From a bacterium (GTDB taxonomy: Bacteria > Patescibacteriota > Dojkabacteria > SC72), in assembly GCA_021108295.1 (NCBI GenBank), contig JAIORF010000102.1, forward strand, positions 7,260 through 71,259: a DNA stretch of 64,000 nt. Reading direction: 5' to 3'. The position numbers and the translations under genes were made by a program. Under the pieces are notes generated by a model that did no database searches, was not told the origin of the DNA, and saw nothing but the letters and a program-made list of their open reading frames with translations. Each line of letters opens with the position of its first letter. Positions within the stretch are counted from its first letter, which is position 1. This document shows positions 47,403-56,225 of the stretch, in pieces.

Positions 47403-47603
47403 ATGGCAGTAATTGTACATGCTAATGAAAATATAGACAGTGCCCTAAAAAGACTACACAGAGAAGTTCTTAGAGAAAGAATCTTAGAAACATTTAGAAA
47501 TAGAACATACAGGATTAAAAAAGCTGACCTTAAGATTGCAAAAAGAAGAGAATGGGCCAAGATGAAAAGAAGAAGAAGAACCGCTGCAAGAAGAGCAAAA
47601 TAA
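47403..47603 (+). CDS. rpsU: 30S ribosomal protein S21
   Basis: ENIDSALKR, basic C-terminus, upstream of yqeY. Confidence 0.88.
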   Translation: MAVIVHANENIDSALKRLHREVLRERILETFRNRTYRIKKADLKIAKRREWAKMKRRRRTAARRAK

Positions 47604-47620
47604 TTTGTTAACTTCTCACT

Positions 47621-48070
47621 ATGTCTCTCCTACAAACCCTCCGAAAAGATATGATAACTGCTACTAAAGCAGGAGATAAGGATGTAATCAATATCCTTAA
47701 GATGGTACTAGCTACTATCAAAAATATTCAAATAGACCAATCAGAAGAACTAACAGATGAAAATGTTGAAAAAATACTTAGAAAAGAAACTAAAAAGATA
47801 GAAGACTCTATTGCACAATATACTCAAATGGAGAGAGATGACCTTGTAAAAAATGAGAAAAAAGATTTAGACATATTACAAAAATATCTCCCTGAACTCA
47901 TGAGTGAAGAGAAGGTAAGAGAAGTAGTTTCTGCGAAAATCAAAGAACTAGGAGCAACAGATATGAGAGAAATGGGCAAAATAATGGGCTCAGTTATGCA
48001 AGAACTCCAAGGCAGTGCAGACGGAAATGTTGTAAAAAAGATTGTACAAGAGATACTAAGCAATGGTTAA
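47621..48070 (+). CDS. yqeY: GatB/YqeY domain protein
   Basis: YLPELMSEE, MGKIMG, ADG. Confidence 0.88.
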   Translation: MSLLQTLRKDMITATKAGDKDVINILKMVLATIKNIQIDQSEELTDENVEKILRKETKKIEDSIAQYTQMERDDLVKNEKKDLDILQKYLPELMSEEKVREVVSAKIKELGATDMREMGKIMGSVMQELQGSADGNVVKKIVQEILSNG

Positions 48071-48506
48071 GATATTCGATACGCAAGTCCTCCTAGACAT
48101 ATATCCTAAATTACCCTTTACACATAGAGGAGTAGAGGAGTACCTTGAACAATTTACTACTCTAGGTGAAAAGAACGTAGATATCGTATTTGTAGAAAAG
48201 AAATACATCAAAAAACTTAATAAAGAGTATAGAAGTAAAGATGAAGTTACAGACGTGTTATCATTTAAGCTTGATACAAAAGATCTTCTAGGCGAAGTCT
48301 ACATATGTCCTCAATATATATATAAAAAGTTCTCAAAGAAGAAATTTATAGAAGAAATAATAAGACTTTGTGTACACGGAGTCCTACATTTACAAGGAGA
48401 AGACCATACAAAAAAGTTTGATAAAGTTGATTACAAGGATGAACCAATGTATATTAATCAAGAAGAAATAGTCGATAAAATGTTAAACAAGTTAATAAAA
48501 ACATGA
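48063..48506 (+). CDS. ybeY: rRNA maturation RNase YbeY
   Basis: LNKEYR..TDVLSF, HGVLHLQGEDH. Confidence 0.92.
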   Translation: MVKIFDTQVLLDIYPKLPFTHRGVEEYLEQFTTLGEKNVDIVFVEKKYIKKLNKEYRSKDEVTDVLSFKLDTKDLLGEVYICPQYIYKKFSKKKFIEEIIRLCVHGVLHLQGEDHTKKFDKVDYKDEPMYINQEEIVDKMLNKLIKT

Positions 48507-49066
48507 TACTAATTGCCGGAATAGGAAATGGGGATGTGAAGTACTACAATACTAGACACAATGCTGGATACTTTGGTATAGAAGTACTAAAGATTGCTCT
48601 AAGATACGAAGGCTTCCGTGCTGACTATACATTCAAATACTCCAAATATGAGAAATCAGACTTAATAAGATTTAAGTGGGGTGGAGGAGAGGAAATTATC
48701 CTACAAAAGTTTAAAGGCTTTATGAACGAATCAGGAAAATATGTTAAAAAACTTTACGATGATAATGATGTAAAGCACCTAATCCTTTTCCATGACGACC
48801 TAGATATCAAGTTAGGAGAATATAAAATTCAATATGGGAAATCTCCACACGGACATAATGGAGTAAACAGTGTAGAAGAAAGTATGGGTACTAAAGACTT
48901 TCTAAGGGTAAGAATAGGCATTGAGAATAGGGGAGATAGACAAATCCCTGGAGAGAAATATGTACTAGAACGATTTACTCAAGAAGAAATGGTAATACTC
49001 AAAGAAGGGCTCGTAGGAGCATGTGAGGAACTTCTTCTTACTGACATATTTGAAAAGTGGATATAG
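48503..49066 (+). CDS. pth: Peptidyl-tRNA hydrolase
   Basis: GIGN..YNTRHNAG, FMNESG, HDDLD, GHNG. Confidence 0.93.
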   Translation: MILIAGIGNGDVKYYNTRHNAGYFGIEVLKIALRYEGFRADYTFKYSKYEKSDLIRFKWGGGEEIILQKFKGFMNESGKYVKKLYDDNDVKHLILFHDDLDIKLGEYKIQYGKSPHGHNGVNSVEESMGTKDFLRVRIGIENRGDRQIPGEKYVLERFTQEEMVILKEGLVGACEELLLTDIFEKWI

Positions 49067-50264
49067 TCTCTCCATAGAAAAGAAGTATACCCTCATAAGT
49101 GTGATACTGTACAACCCTCTCACCAGGCAAGACAATAGCCACCCTATTCCTATCCATAGTCATTCCCATATTCATAATCTCACCATCATCATCTAGTATG
49201 AAGAAAACCCTACCACTAGCAAGTATAGGACTGCCATTGAGATTAAGATCAATCAGTAAGTCCTTAGAAAGATAGTACTCTCTTAAAACATCTTGATAAT
49301 CAATATCTACAGAGTAGCTCTTTTTATCCATCGATTGAGTATAGAAATCCTTAAGTACAGGTTCAATAGGTGAGTTACTCTCAAAGAAAGCTTGGGAAAC
49401 CAATCTGTAAGAATCTAAACCACCGAACCTATAAACAACCTGATTTCTCAGACCAACCTTACTACTAACGGTAATCTTGTTTGAATCTACAACACCTCTT
49501 AGTGAAGAAATCAGATCTTCTCTCTCGGCATCCAATATGTTATCAATCCCATCATTATCAATATCCATATCCTGTATATTCATAAGCGTATCATAATCCA
49601 AATCATCCATACTGGAAATCCCTAGAAAACTGTTGTTGTAAGTCTGGGTATTGAGAAACATGGTAAAAAGGAGATATACACTGGTAAGGGAAAGCAATCC
49701 ATACATCGCCATACTTTGCCATTTAACTTTTTTAAGAAACCTTTTACTTAATGATATTAAAGCAATCACTACAATAACTAACTCAATAGCAAAATATACA
49801 CTTAAGAAATATCCTACGAAATAACTAGGTTCAAACAAATATTTTAATATAGTGAAATATCTAGTAGTAAAAGGATAAAGGAACATAATATCACCAACTA
49901 ACAAATCGGCTAAGAAATGAGAAATACCTGCAATTAGAAAAGAATTAAGTAGTATTTTAAGAAAATCCTTTGAGAAAAACTGCTTCATTCTCTTATTCAT
50001 TCCTCTATAAACTAACTTCATTACCAGCAACAACCCCAACCAAACTATTAACCAATAAAAAGGAGTATGGGTGAAAATATCATGATGAGAATATGCAGGC
50101 CTGCCAATCATCATCATAAGGAAAAGATCTAAATCAGGCATAACTCCAAAAGCTAGGGAACAAGCAATTAGAAATGTGTGTTGTGAAGGCTTAAGACCTA
50201 CAATCTTCTTCTTTTGTAGCATCTCATTAGCAAGATAAGAAATCGGTCCATGCGCTATATACAT
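49038..50264 (-). CDS. YdjM-like membrane metal-dependent hydrolase with extra C-terminal domain
   Basis: H, PDLD, HH..THT, SHFLAD; acidic DxDxD repeats. Confidence 0.72.
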   Translation of the reverse strand: MYIAHGPISYLANEMLQKKKIVGLKPSQHTFLIACSLAFGVMPDLDLFLMMMIGRPAYSHHDIFTHTPFYWLIVWLGLLLVMKLVYRGMNKRMKQFFSKDFLKILLNSFLIAGISHFLADLLVGDIMFLYPFTTRYFTILKYLFEPSYFVGYFLSVYFAIELVIVVIALISLSKRFLKKVKWQSMAMYGLLSLTSVYLLFTMFLNTQTYNNSFLGISSMDDLDYDTLMNIQDMDIDNDGIDNILDAEREDLISSLRGVVDSNKITVSSKVGLRNQVVYRFGGLDSYRLVSQAFFESNSPIEPVLKDFYTQSMDKKSYSVDIDYQDVLREYYLSKDLLIDLNLNGSPILASGRVFFILDDDGEIMNMGMTMDRNRVAIVLPGERVVQYHTYEGILLFYGETISTFQICQ

Positions 50265-50311
50265 TCCTCTCCCCCTTACAAATTAACACTTAATCCAATA
50301 TAATCTCGAAT

Positions 50312-52705
50312 ATGCAAAATTACAATCATTCAACAACTAAAGATAACCTTTTTAATCAATTAAGTAAACACTTTAATATTAACAAAGAACAAAAATATTT
50401 CTCTCAAGTAGATAGTGAATTTGAAGAGATATTTGCAGAAATACTTGGTCGCAAACTTCAGTGCTCTGTATATATATCAAAAAACATAGAAGAAAAGAAC
50501 ATTAAAGTTCTTAGATTACAAAAAGGAGAAAGGTTTGAATCGGGATCTCTTAGTAAATTGGGATACAAGAAAGTAGAAAGAGTGTGGGAAGAGGGGGAGT
50601 TCTCTATACTAGGAGATGTAGTAATTCTCTGGCCCCACAGTATGAAAAATATCCTAAGGCTAAGCATTTGGGGAGAAGAGATAGAAAGTATTGAAATAGT
50701 AGAACCAAGTAGTAGAAGAAAGATAGAAGAACTGCAGTTCAAGGAAATCCTAGATGCTAATTCTTCCAATATTGTAGGTAATGAGTGTCTTTCTAACTCC
50801 CAGCTAATATACCTTACCCAAGATCTAGAGTTAGAAACTTACGAAGTAGGTCTTAAACGTATTCCAGCAATATATAGCTATATAGATTTACATACTACAG
50901 AAAATATACTACGGAATTACAAGAAATTGGGTTATAAAATATGGTATCTCTCAAAAAGTTTAGAGAGATTCGAGAAAAGTCAGAGTAATCTTACTAAATA
51001 TATAGATAAATACTTCGAAACCGAGAGTAACATAGAAAAGAATCTAAGTAGAGGCTTTGTATATGAAAAAGCTAAGCTAATTCTCCTTACAGACTTGGAA
51101 GTACTAGGGGAGGTAGATATTTCAGATCACAAAACAGGTTTGAGGAATATAGATGCCTCCTCATTGGAAATATTAAAGAAAATAGTTCCAGGGGACTACC
51201 TTGTACATGAAGATCATGGTATTGGAATATTTAAAGGTGTTAAGGAGATAGAAGAAAAGAAATATTTAGATATTCACTATGCTAAAAGTGACAAATTACT
51301 CATACCTTTTAATGCTTTAGAGAAGGTGATGAAATATATTGGTGTAGGACGTAAGAAACCTGTACTTACAGGGCTCAATAGTGGGATATGGAGTAGAATA
51401 TCCAAGAGTGCAAAGAAACAGGCAGAGAGTATAGCTAAGGAGCTCCTAGTACTATACGCACTTCGTACTACAACTACTACAGAGATTGTGGTAAAGGAAG
51501 GACAATTAGAAGACTTTTGGGAGTTTGTAAGCGGTTTTGAATTCAGAGATACAGAAGATCAGCTAGTAGCAACAAAAAATATTGTAGAAGATTTTCAGAA
51601 TACAATACCAATGGACAGACTACTTGTAGGAGATGTAGGCTTTGGTAAGACAGAAATCGCTATGCGAGCAGCCTATGGGGTAGTAAACGCAGGTTTCCAA
51701 GTAGCAATACTTGCCCCTACAACAGTACTTGTAGAACAACATCTTAAAGTATTAAGAAAAAGATTTGATAAATACCCATATGTAATTGAATCTTTAAGTA
51801 GATTTAATACCCAGACACAAGGAGAGAAAATTAGAAAGGGGATAGAGAGTGGTGGTATAGATATTGTTGTAGGTACACATAGTTTACTCTCCAAGAAAGT
51901 CAAATTTAAGAATCTCGGACTAGTAATTCTAGACGAAGAGCAGAAATTTGGAGTTAAACAAAAAGAACATCTTAAAGGTATGCGATTAAATACTAATATA
52001 CTCTCAATGACGGCTACGCCCATCCCTAGAACTCTAAATATGTCACTAATGGGTATAAGGGATATCTCTGTACTTGCTACACCTCCAAGTGGGAGGAAGG
52101 ATATTAAGAATGAATTCAAGAAATTCTCGTGGAAAGATATAGAGAGAGTAGTGACAAGAGAGCTGGATAGAGATGGTCAGGTATTCTTCCTACACAATCG
52201 TATAGGGACTATACAGTTCGTACAAAAAAGGTTACAGAAAATATTCCCAGAAAATGTAGTAGAAATATTGCACGGGCAGATGAGTAGCAAAAGGATTGAA
52301 CAAACTATGAACTCATTCGTAGGCGGTAGTATAGATATATTGCTTTGTACTACGATAATAGAGAACGGAATAGATATCCACAATGTGAATACTTTAATTG
52401 TGGGTGATATAAATATGTTTGGTCTCTCTCAACTCTACCAACTTCGGGGGAGGATAGGACGGGGTAGTAGACAGGCCTATGCCTGTTTCTTGTTTGAGAA
52501 TCTGACAAGTAATAGTGCTCTAAGGATTGGTGCACTAAAGGATTCCGAGTCTTTGGGTTCTGGCTTTATCCTCTCTAATCGTGATTTGGAGATTAGAGGA
52601 GCAGGGGATATCCTAGGGAGCAATCAGTCTGGAACTATCAATTCAATTGGTTACGGTTTGTATACACAGATGCTTAGTGATGCAGTCAAAAAATTAAAAG
52701 CCTAA
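50312..52705 (+). CDS. mfd: Transcription-repair coupling factor, truncated
   Basis: GDYLVHEDHGIG, GDVGFGKTE, DEEQKFGV, TATPIPRT, QLRGRIGR, RDLEIRGAG. Confidence 0.9.
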   Translation: MQNYNHSTTKDNLFNQLSKHFNINKEQKYFSQVDSEFEEIFAEILGRKLQCSVYISKNIEEKNIKVLRLQKGERFESGSLSKLGYKKVERVWEEGEFSILGDVVILWPHSMKNILRLSIWGEEIESIEIVEPSSRRKIEELQFKEILDANSSNIVGNECLSNSQLIYLTQDLELETYEVGLKRIPAIYSYIDLHTTENILRNYKKLGYKIWYLSKSLERFEKSQSNLTKYIDKYFETESNIEKNLSRGFVYEKAKLILLTDLEVLGEVDISDHKTGLRNIDASSLEILKKIVPGDYLVHEDHGIGIFKGVKEIEEKKYLDIHYAKSDKLLIPFNALEKVMKYIGVGRKKPVLTGLNSGIWSRISKSAKKQAESIAKELLVLYALRTTTTTEIVVKEGQLEDFWEFVSGFEFRDTEDQLVATKNIVEDFQNTIPMDRLLVGDVGFGKTEIAMRAAYGVVNAGFQVAILAPTTVLVEQHLKVLRKRFDKYPYVIESLSRFNTQTQGEKIRKGIESGGIDIVVGTHSLLSKKVKFKNLGLVILDEEQKFGVKQKEHLKGMRLNTNILSMTATPIPRTLNMSLMGIRDISVLATPPSGRKDIKNEFKKFSWKDIERVVTRELDRDGQVFFLHNRIGTIQFVQKRLQKIFPENVVEILHGQMSSKRIEQTMNSFVGGSIDILLCTTIIENGIDIHNVNTLIVGDINMFGLSQLYQLRGRIGRGSRQAYACFLFENLTSNSALRIGALKDSESLGSGFILSNRDLEIRGAGDILGSNQSGTINSIGYGLYTQMLSDAVKKLKA

Positions 52706-52778
52706 GGTTAAAGTCTTTTATCCGAGTAAAATATTTTTACTTTACAGCGTTGTAGAAGCTGGTCTAAGATATAACATC

Positions 52779-54341
52779 ATGTCAACAGTACTATACCGAA
52801 AATATCGAGCCCAGAACTTTGATGAATTAGTAGGGCAAGAACATATTACTAAAATATTGAAGAATGCTGTAAAAAGGGACCAGCTCTCACATGCATATCT
52901 TTTTGTTGGATCTAGAGGAACTGGTAAGACCAGTGCTGCAAGAATTTTTGCTAAGGCTGTTAACTGTACAAATATAGGTAAAGACGGCAATCCTTGCGGC
53001 AAATGTACGATATGTAAGGGTGTTCTCAGTGGTAATTTCCTAGATCTCATCGAAATAGATGCAGCATCTAATAGGGGGATTGATCAGATTAGAGAATTAA
53101 AAGAAAAGATTGAGTTTTCTCCAAACGAGGGTAAGTACAAGGTCTATATTATCGACGAAGTCCACATGCTTACTACAGAGGCTTTTAATGCACTTCTTAA
53201 GACTTTAGAAGAGCCTCCATCACACATCATCTTCATACTTGCTACTACAGAGGTTCATAAGCTACCTGCTACAATTCTTTCTAGGTGTCAGAGGTATGAT
53301 TTTAAGTTGGGGAATGATAAGGAGATAGAGGCAGTAATAGATCGTAGCAGTAAGGGGGAGGGTATGAAGGTGGAGGATAGCGCAAAGTATTTGATTGTAA
53401 AGAATGCAAGGGGTAGTTACAGGGATGCTCTTTCTCTACTTGATGTCGTATTTTGTGGTCAGAGTGGCAAGGACAAGAAGATTACTGAAGAAGAGGTAAG
53501 GGATTTGTTGGGTTTGCCCGATATTGTAATGGTAGATGCTTTACTAACTAGTTTAATGAATGGTGACGCAAAGAAGGCACTAGACCTTATAGAAAGTATA
53601 GAAAAGAAGGGTGTTAATCTAGAACAATTCGTATCATACACCTTGGAAATACTAAGAGAGGTATTGGTCGCAAAGATTAAGGATGAGGAATTAGAGTATG
53701 ATTTTTACAATAAGGTTGCTCAGAAGGATATCTTAAAATTTGTAAAGATATTTCTAGAAATAGAGAGGAGTTTTAGGGGTAGTAGTAATCAGTCGCTAAT
53801 TTTAGAGATGATAATTCCTGAGTTTTGTGTAGATCAAAATATCGAAGAGGAGGAAGAAGAGGAAGAGGAAGAGGCTGTGGATAATGATGTGGATATGAAG
53901 GAGGAGGAGGATAAGAAGCCTGTTGTAGTAAGTTCTGATGAGGATATTGACTTTGAGGCCATTAAAAAGAACTGGGGTAAGGTAGCACAAGCTATAAAGC
54001 CTGTACATAGGCATTTGTTTGCATTCTTGGGTACATCTAAACCTATAAGGTGTGAGGGAAGTAGTCTTTACATAGAGGTTCCTTTCCAGTTCCATAAAGA
54101 TCAGATTGATTGTCCACAGAGTAGGGATGTAATTAACAGGGTTCTAAAGGATATGTTTAATGTTTCTTGTCATCTAGTGTGTAGTGTTAATGAAAAAGCT
54201 AAGCCTCGTATGAAGAGTAATGCAGATATTGTACTTAAAGATATCCCAACAAAGGAGAGTGTGAATGTAGCTAGTAGTAAGAAGAAATACTTCAGACCGA
54301 AAATGTCAGCAGAGGTAGAAGCTATATTCGAGGGGATGTAA
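52779..54341 (+). CDS. dnaX: DNA polymerase III gamma/tau
   Basis: LYRKYR, GTGKTS, EIDAASN, DEVHML, SRCQ. Confidence 0.96.
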   Translation: MSTVLYRKYRAQNFDELVGQEHITKILKNAVKRDQLSHAYLFVGSRGTGKTSAARIFAKAVNCTNIGKDGNPCGKCTICKGVLSGNFLDLIEIDAASNRGIDQIRELKEKIEFSPNEGKYKVYIIDEVHMLTTEAFNALLKTLEEPPSHIIFILATTEVHKLPATILSRCQRYDFKLGNDKEIEAVIDRSSKGEGMKVEDSAKYLIVKNARGSYRDALSLLDVVFCGQSGKDKKITEEEVRDLLGLPDIVMVDALLTSLMNGDAKKALDLIESIEKKGVNLEQFVSYTLEILREVLVAKIKDEELEYDFYNKVAQKDILKFVKIFLEIERSFRGSSNQSLILEMIIPEFCVDQNIEEEEEEEEEEAVDNDVDMKEEEDKKPVVVSSDEDIDFEAIKKNWGKVAQAIKPVHRHLFAFLGTSKPIRCEGSSLYIEVPFQFHKDQIDCPQSRDVINRVLKDMFNVSCHLVCSVNEKAKPRMKSNADIVLKDIPTKESVNVASSKKKYFRPKMSAEVEAIFEGM

Positions 54342-54399
54342 TTGAAAGTTGTTAAGCTTGATGTATAATATGATAGAGATAAATTCGTAGACATCAGAT

Positions 54400-56139
54400 A
54401 TGTCCAACCCTGAGATAAGAGAGAGTGATAATTCACAAGGAGGTTTAGATCCTCGCCATTTTGTTGCAGGAGCTATTATACTCAGTGCGGCCGCTGCAGC
54501 AACATCAGCATGTCAAACTCCAGAAGCCCTAGCTAATACTCCTGAGGGCAAGGTCCCTATGGAAGAATATGATCCTACATTGGTTCAGCAAGAACCTTTG
54601 TCTACCCCCACCCCAGAGAGTTCTGAAGTATCTCCTACCCCTACCATGATGCCTACTGAAGTGGTAGAAGAAGAGGTTGAAACCTTTCTAAGTATCACAG
54701 AAGGCTTTACAGTAGTACCAGGTACAAGAGAAGAAGTAGATAAGCCCTTTGTAGTTTCAAAAGATGCTCAGGCATTTAGAATTCCAATTACAGAAAATGA
54801 TGGACGAGATGTTCTAGATATCTCTAAAGCAATCTCTGTAGGAGATATAAAAGAAGATGTTGTTGTTCCTGTTTATGAAATCCTTGTGATGGTAGATAAA
54901 GAAGGTAATGAGGTAAAGATTGCCCTTGTTGAAGATGTTGTGGGAGAATCCGCAGTCCATGCTGTAGTAATACAGGATAAAGAGGAAAATATTTTTGCAA
55001 CCGAGAGAGAAGATGGAGCCATTGCAACTGGAGTAATTACCAATCTAGGAGAGTATCCTGCTGAAGATGTAGAGACTTTATCCAAAGTCTTTGAGCAATT
55101 TGTAAACTTTCAGAGAACTGGTGGAGAGTTTAAGAATGGTGCAGAATATACCTCTGATTATATATTCGGAATAGATAAATATACCGAGGAAGAAACAGAT
55201 CTCCTTTTGGAAATGCTAAAGAGGTTGAATAGTAGTGATTCCGAGGAAGAAAGTTTCATTTCAAAGGTAAAAGGGTTTGTAAATGTAGATATCTCTGTGA
55301 GCGAAAATGGTGATATATGGTTTACTCTCTCTGAGAGTAATGAGCTTCGTGAGGTTGATATGTCTTTTCTACAGGGAGATTTTCCTCAAGTAGTTGAATC
55401 GAGTGTTGGAATGAGTGAAGAGGAGCAGGTAATGGCAGAGAATATATTGGATTTACAAGGTTTTGGTGTTTTCTTAGAGGATTTAGAGCAGGGAGAGCAG
55501 GTGTCGGAGTTTTTGAAATTGCAGGAGGATTTGAATGGTTGTAATGGGAATGTAGTGTGTTTAGGAGAAATTAGCAAGCCTCTTGCAGAGTATGTAGAGA
55601 ATGGTGGAGATCTTAATTCCATAGCTCTAGCATTTGTAGTGAGAGAATATTTCCCGGATTTTGGGTTTCCTAAGTTAGGTGATGAGATTAGGAGGACTCC
55701 TAGAGAAGTTCTCCAAGATATTAGTTTTTCTTATTATAATTATGTGGAGTTGTTTGATTTAAAATTTAACAACAAACAAATAATGAGATCGCCCACTACT
55801 TACGGAGGGACCTTCTATACTGGACCTGAAAATCAAGTATATTCTTTCCTTGTTCCTGGAGATATCCTCTTTTTTGAAGGGGAGAATTATTGGGGAAATC
55901 CAGAAACAGCAGGTTTCCAGATTATTCTTGCCAAGATTGTAGCAGAAGATGGCAGTATATCATTATTGGTTGCTGGAACAAATGGAGATAGCGAAATAGT
56001 GGTATACACAAGTAAAGATAACGTGGATAATCTAATAACTAAAAATGGTCAGGGATCTGTAATAAGAGGTGGGTGGATAGCACCAGAGCTACCACCAGGG
56101 GCAGATCCAATGCCTACTCCCCCAAAGGCAGATAGCTAA
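54400..56139 (+). CDS. Acidic exported, putative lipoprotein
   Basis: RHFVAG..AAAAATSAC lipobox-like signal; PT-rich linker. Confidence 0.6.
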   Translation: MSNPEIRESDNSQGGLDPRHFVAGAIILSAAAAATSACQTPEALANTPEGKVPMEEYDPTLVQQEPLSTPTPESSEVSPTPTMMPTEVVEEEVETFLSITEGFTVVPGTREEVDKPFVVSKDAQAFRIPITENDGRDVLDISKAISVGDIKEDVVVPVYEILVMVDKEGNEVKIALVEDVVGESAVHAVVIQDKEENIFATEREDGAIATGVITNLGEYPAEDVETLSKVFEQFVNFQRTGGEFKNGAEYTSDYIFGIDKYTEEETDLLLEMLKRLNSSDSEEESFISKVKGFVNVDISVSENGDIWFTLSESNELREVDMSFLQGDFPQVVESSVGMSEEEQVMAENILDLQGFGVFLEDLEQGEQVSEFLKLQEDLNGCNGNVVCLGEISKPLAEYVENGGDLNSIALAFVVREYFPDFGFPKLGDEIRRTPREVLQDISFSYYNYVELFDLKFNNKQIMRSPTTYGGTFYTGPENQVYSFLVPGDILFFEGENYWGNPETAGFQIILAKIVAEDGSISLLVAGTNGDSEIVVYTSKDNVDNLITKNGQGSVIRGGWIAPELPPGADPMPTPPKADS

Positions 56140-56225
56140 CGATTTATCCATTACTACGAGCTCTTGATACTAAAAAGGACATAGGATATCATTAAATATG
56201 AGATTTATTTTATAATTCAAAGTAA

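Noticed and set aside
52706-52778. SRP RNA (ffs) upstream of dnaX
   Set aside because: The gap is only 73 nt and lacks the SRP domain IV motif.
53844-53873. Poly-Glu GAR repeat in dnaX
   Set aside because: Low-complexity linker with mixed codons; not a phase-variable tract.
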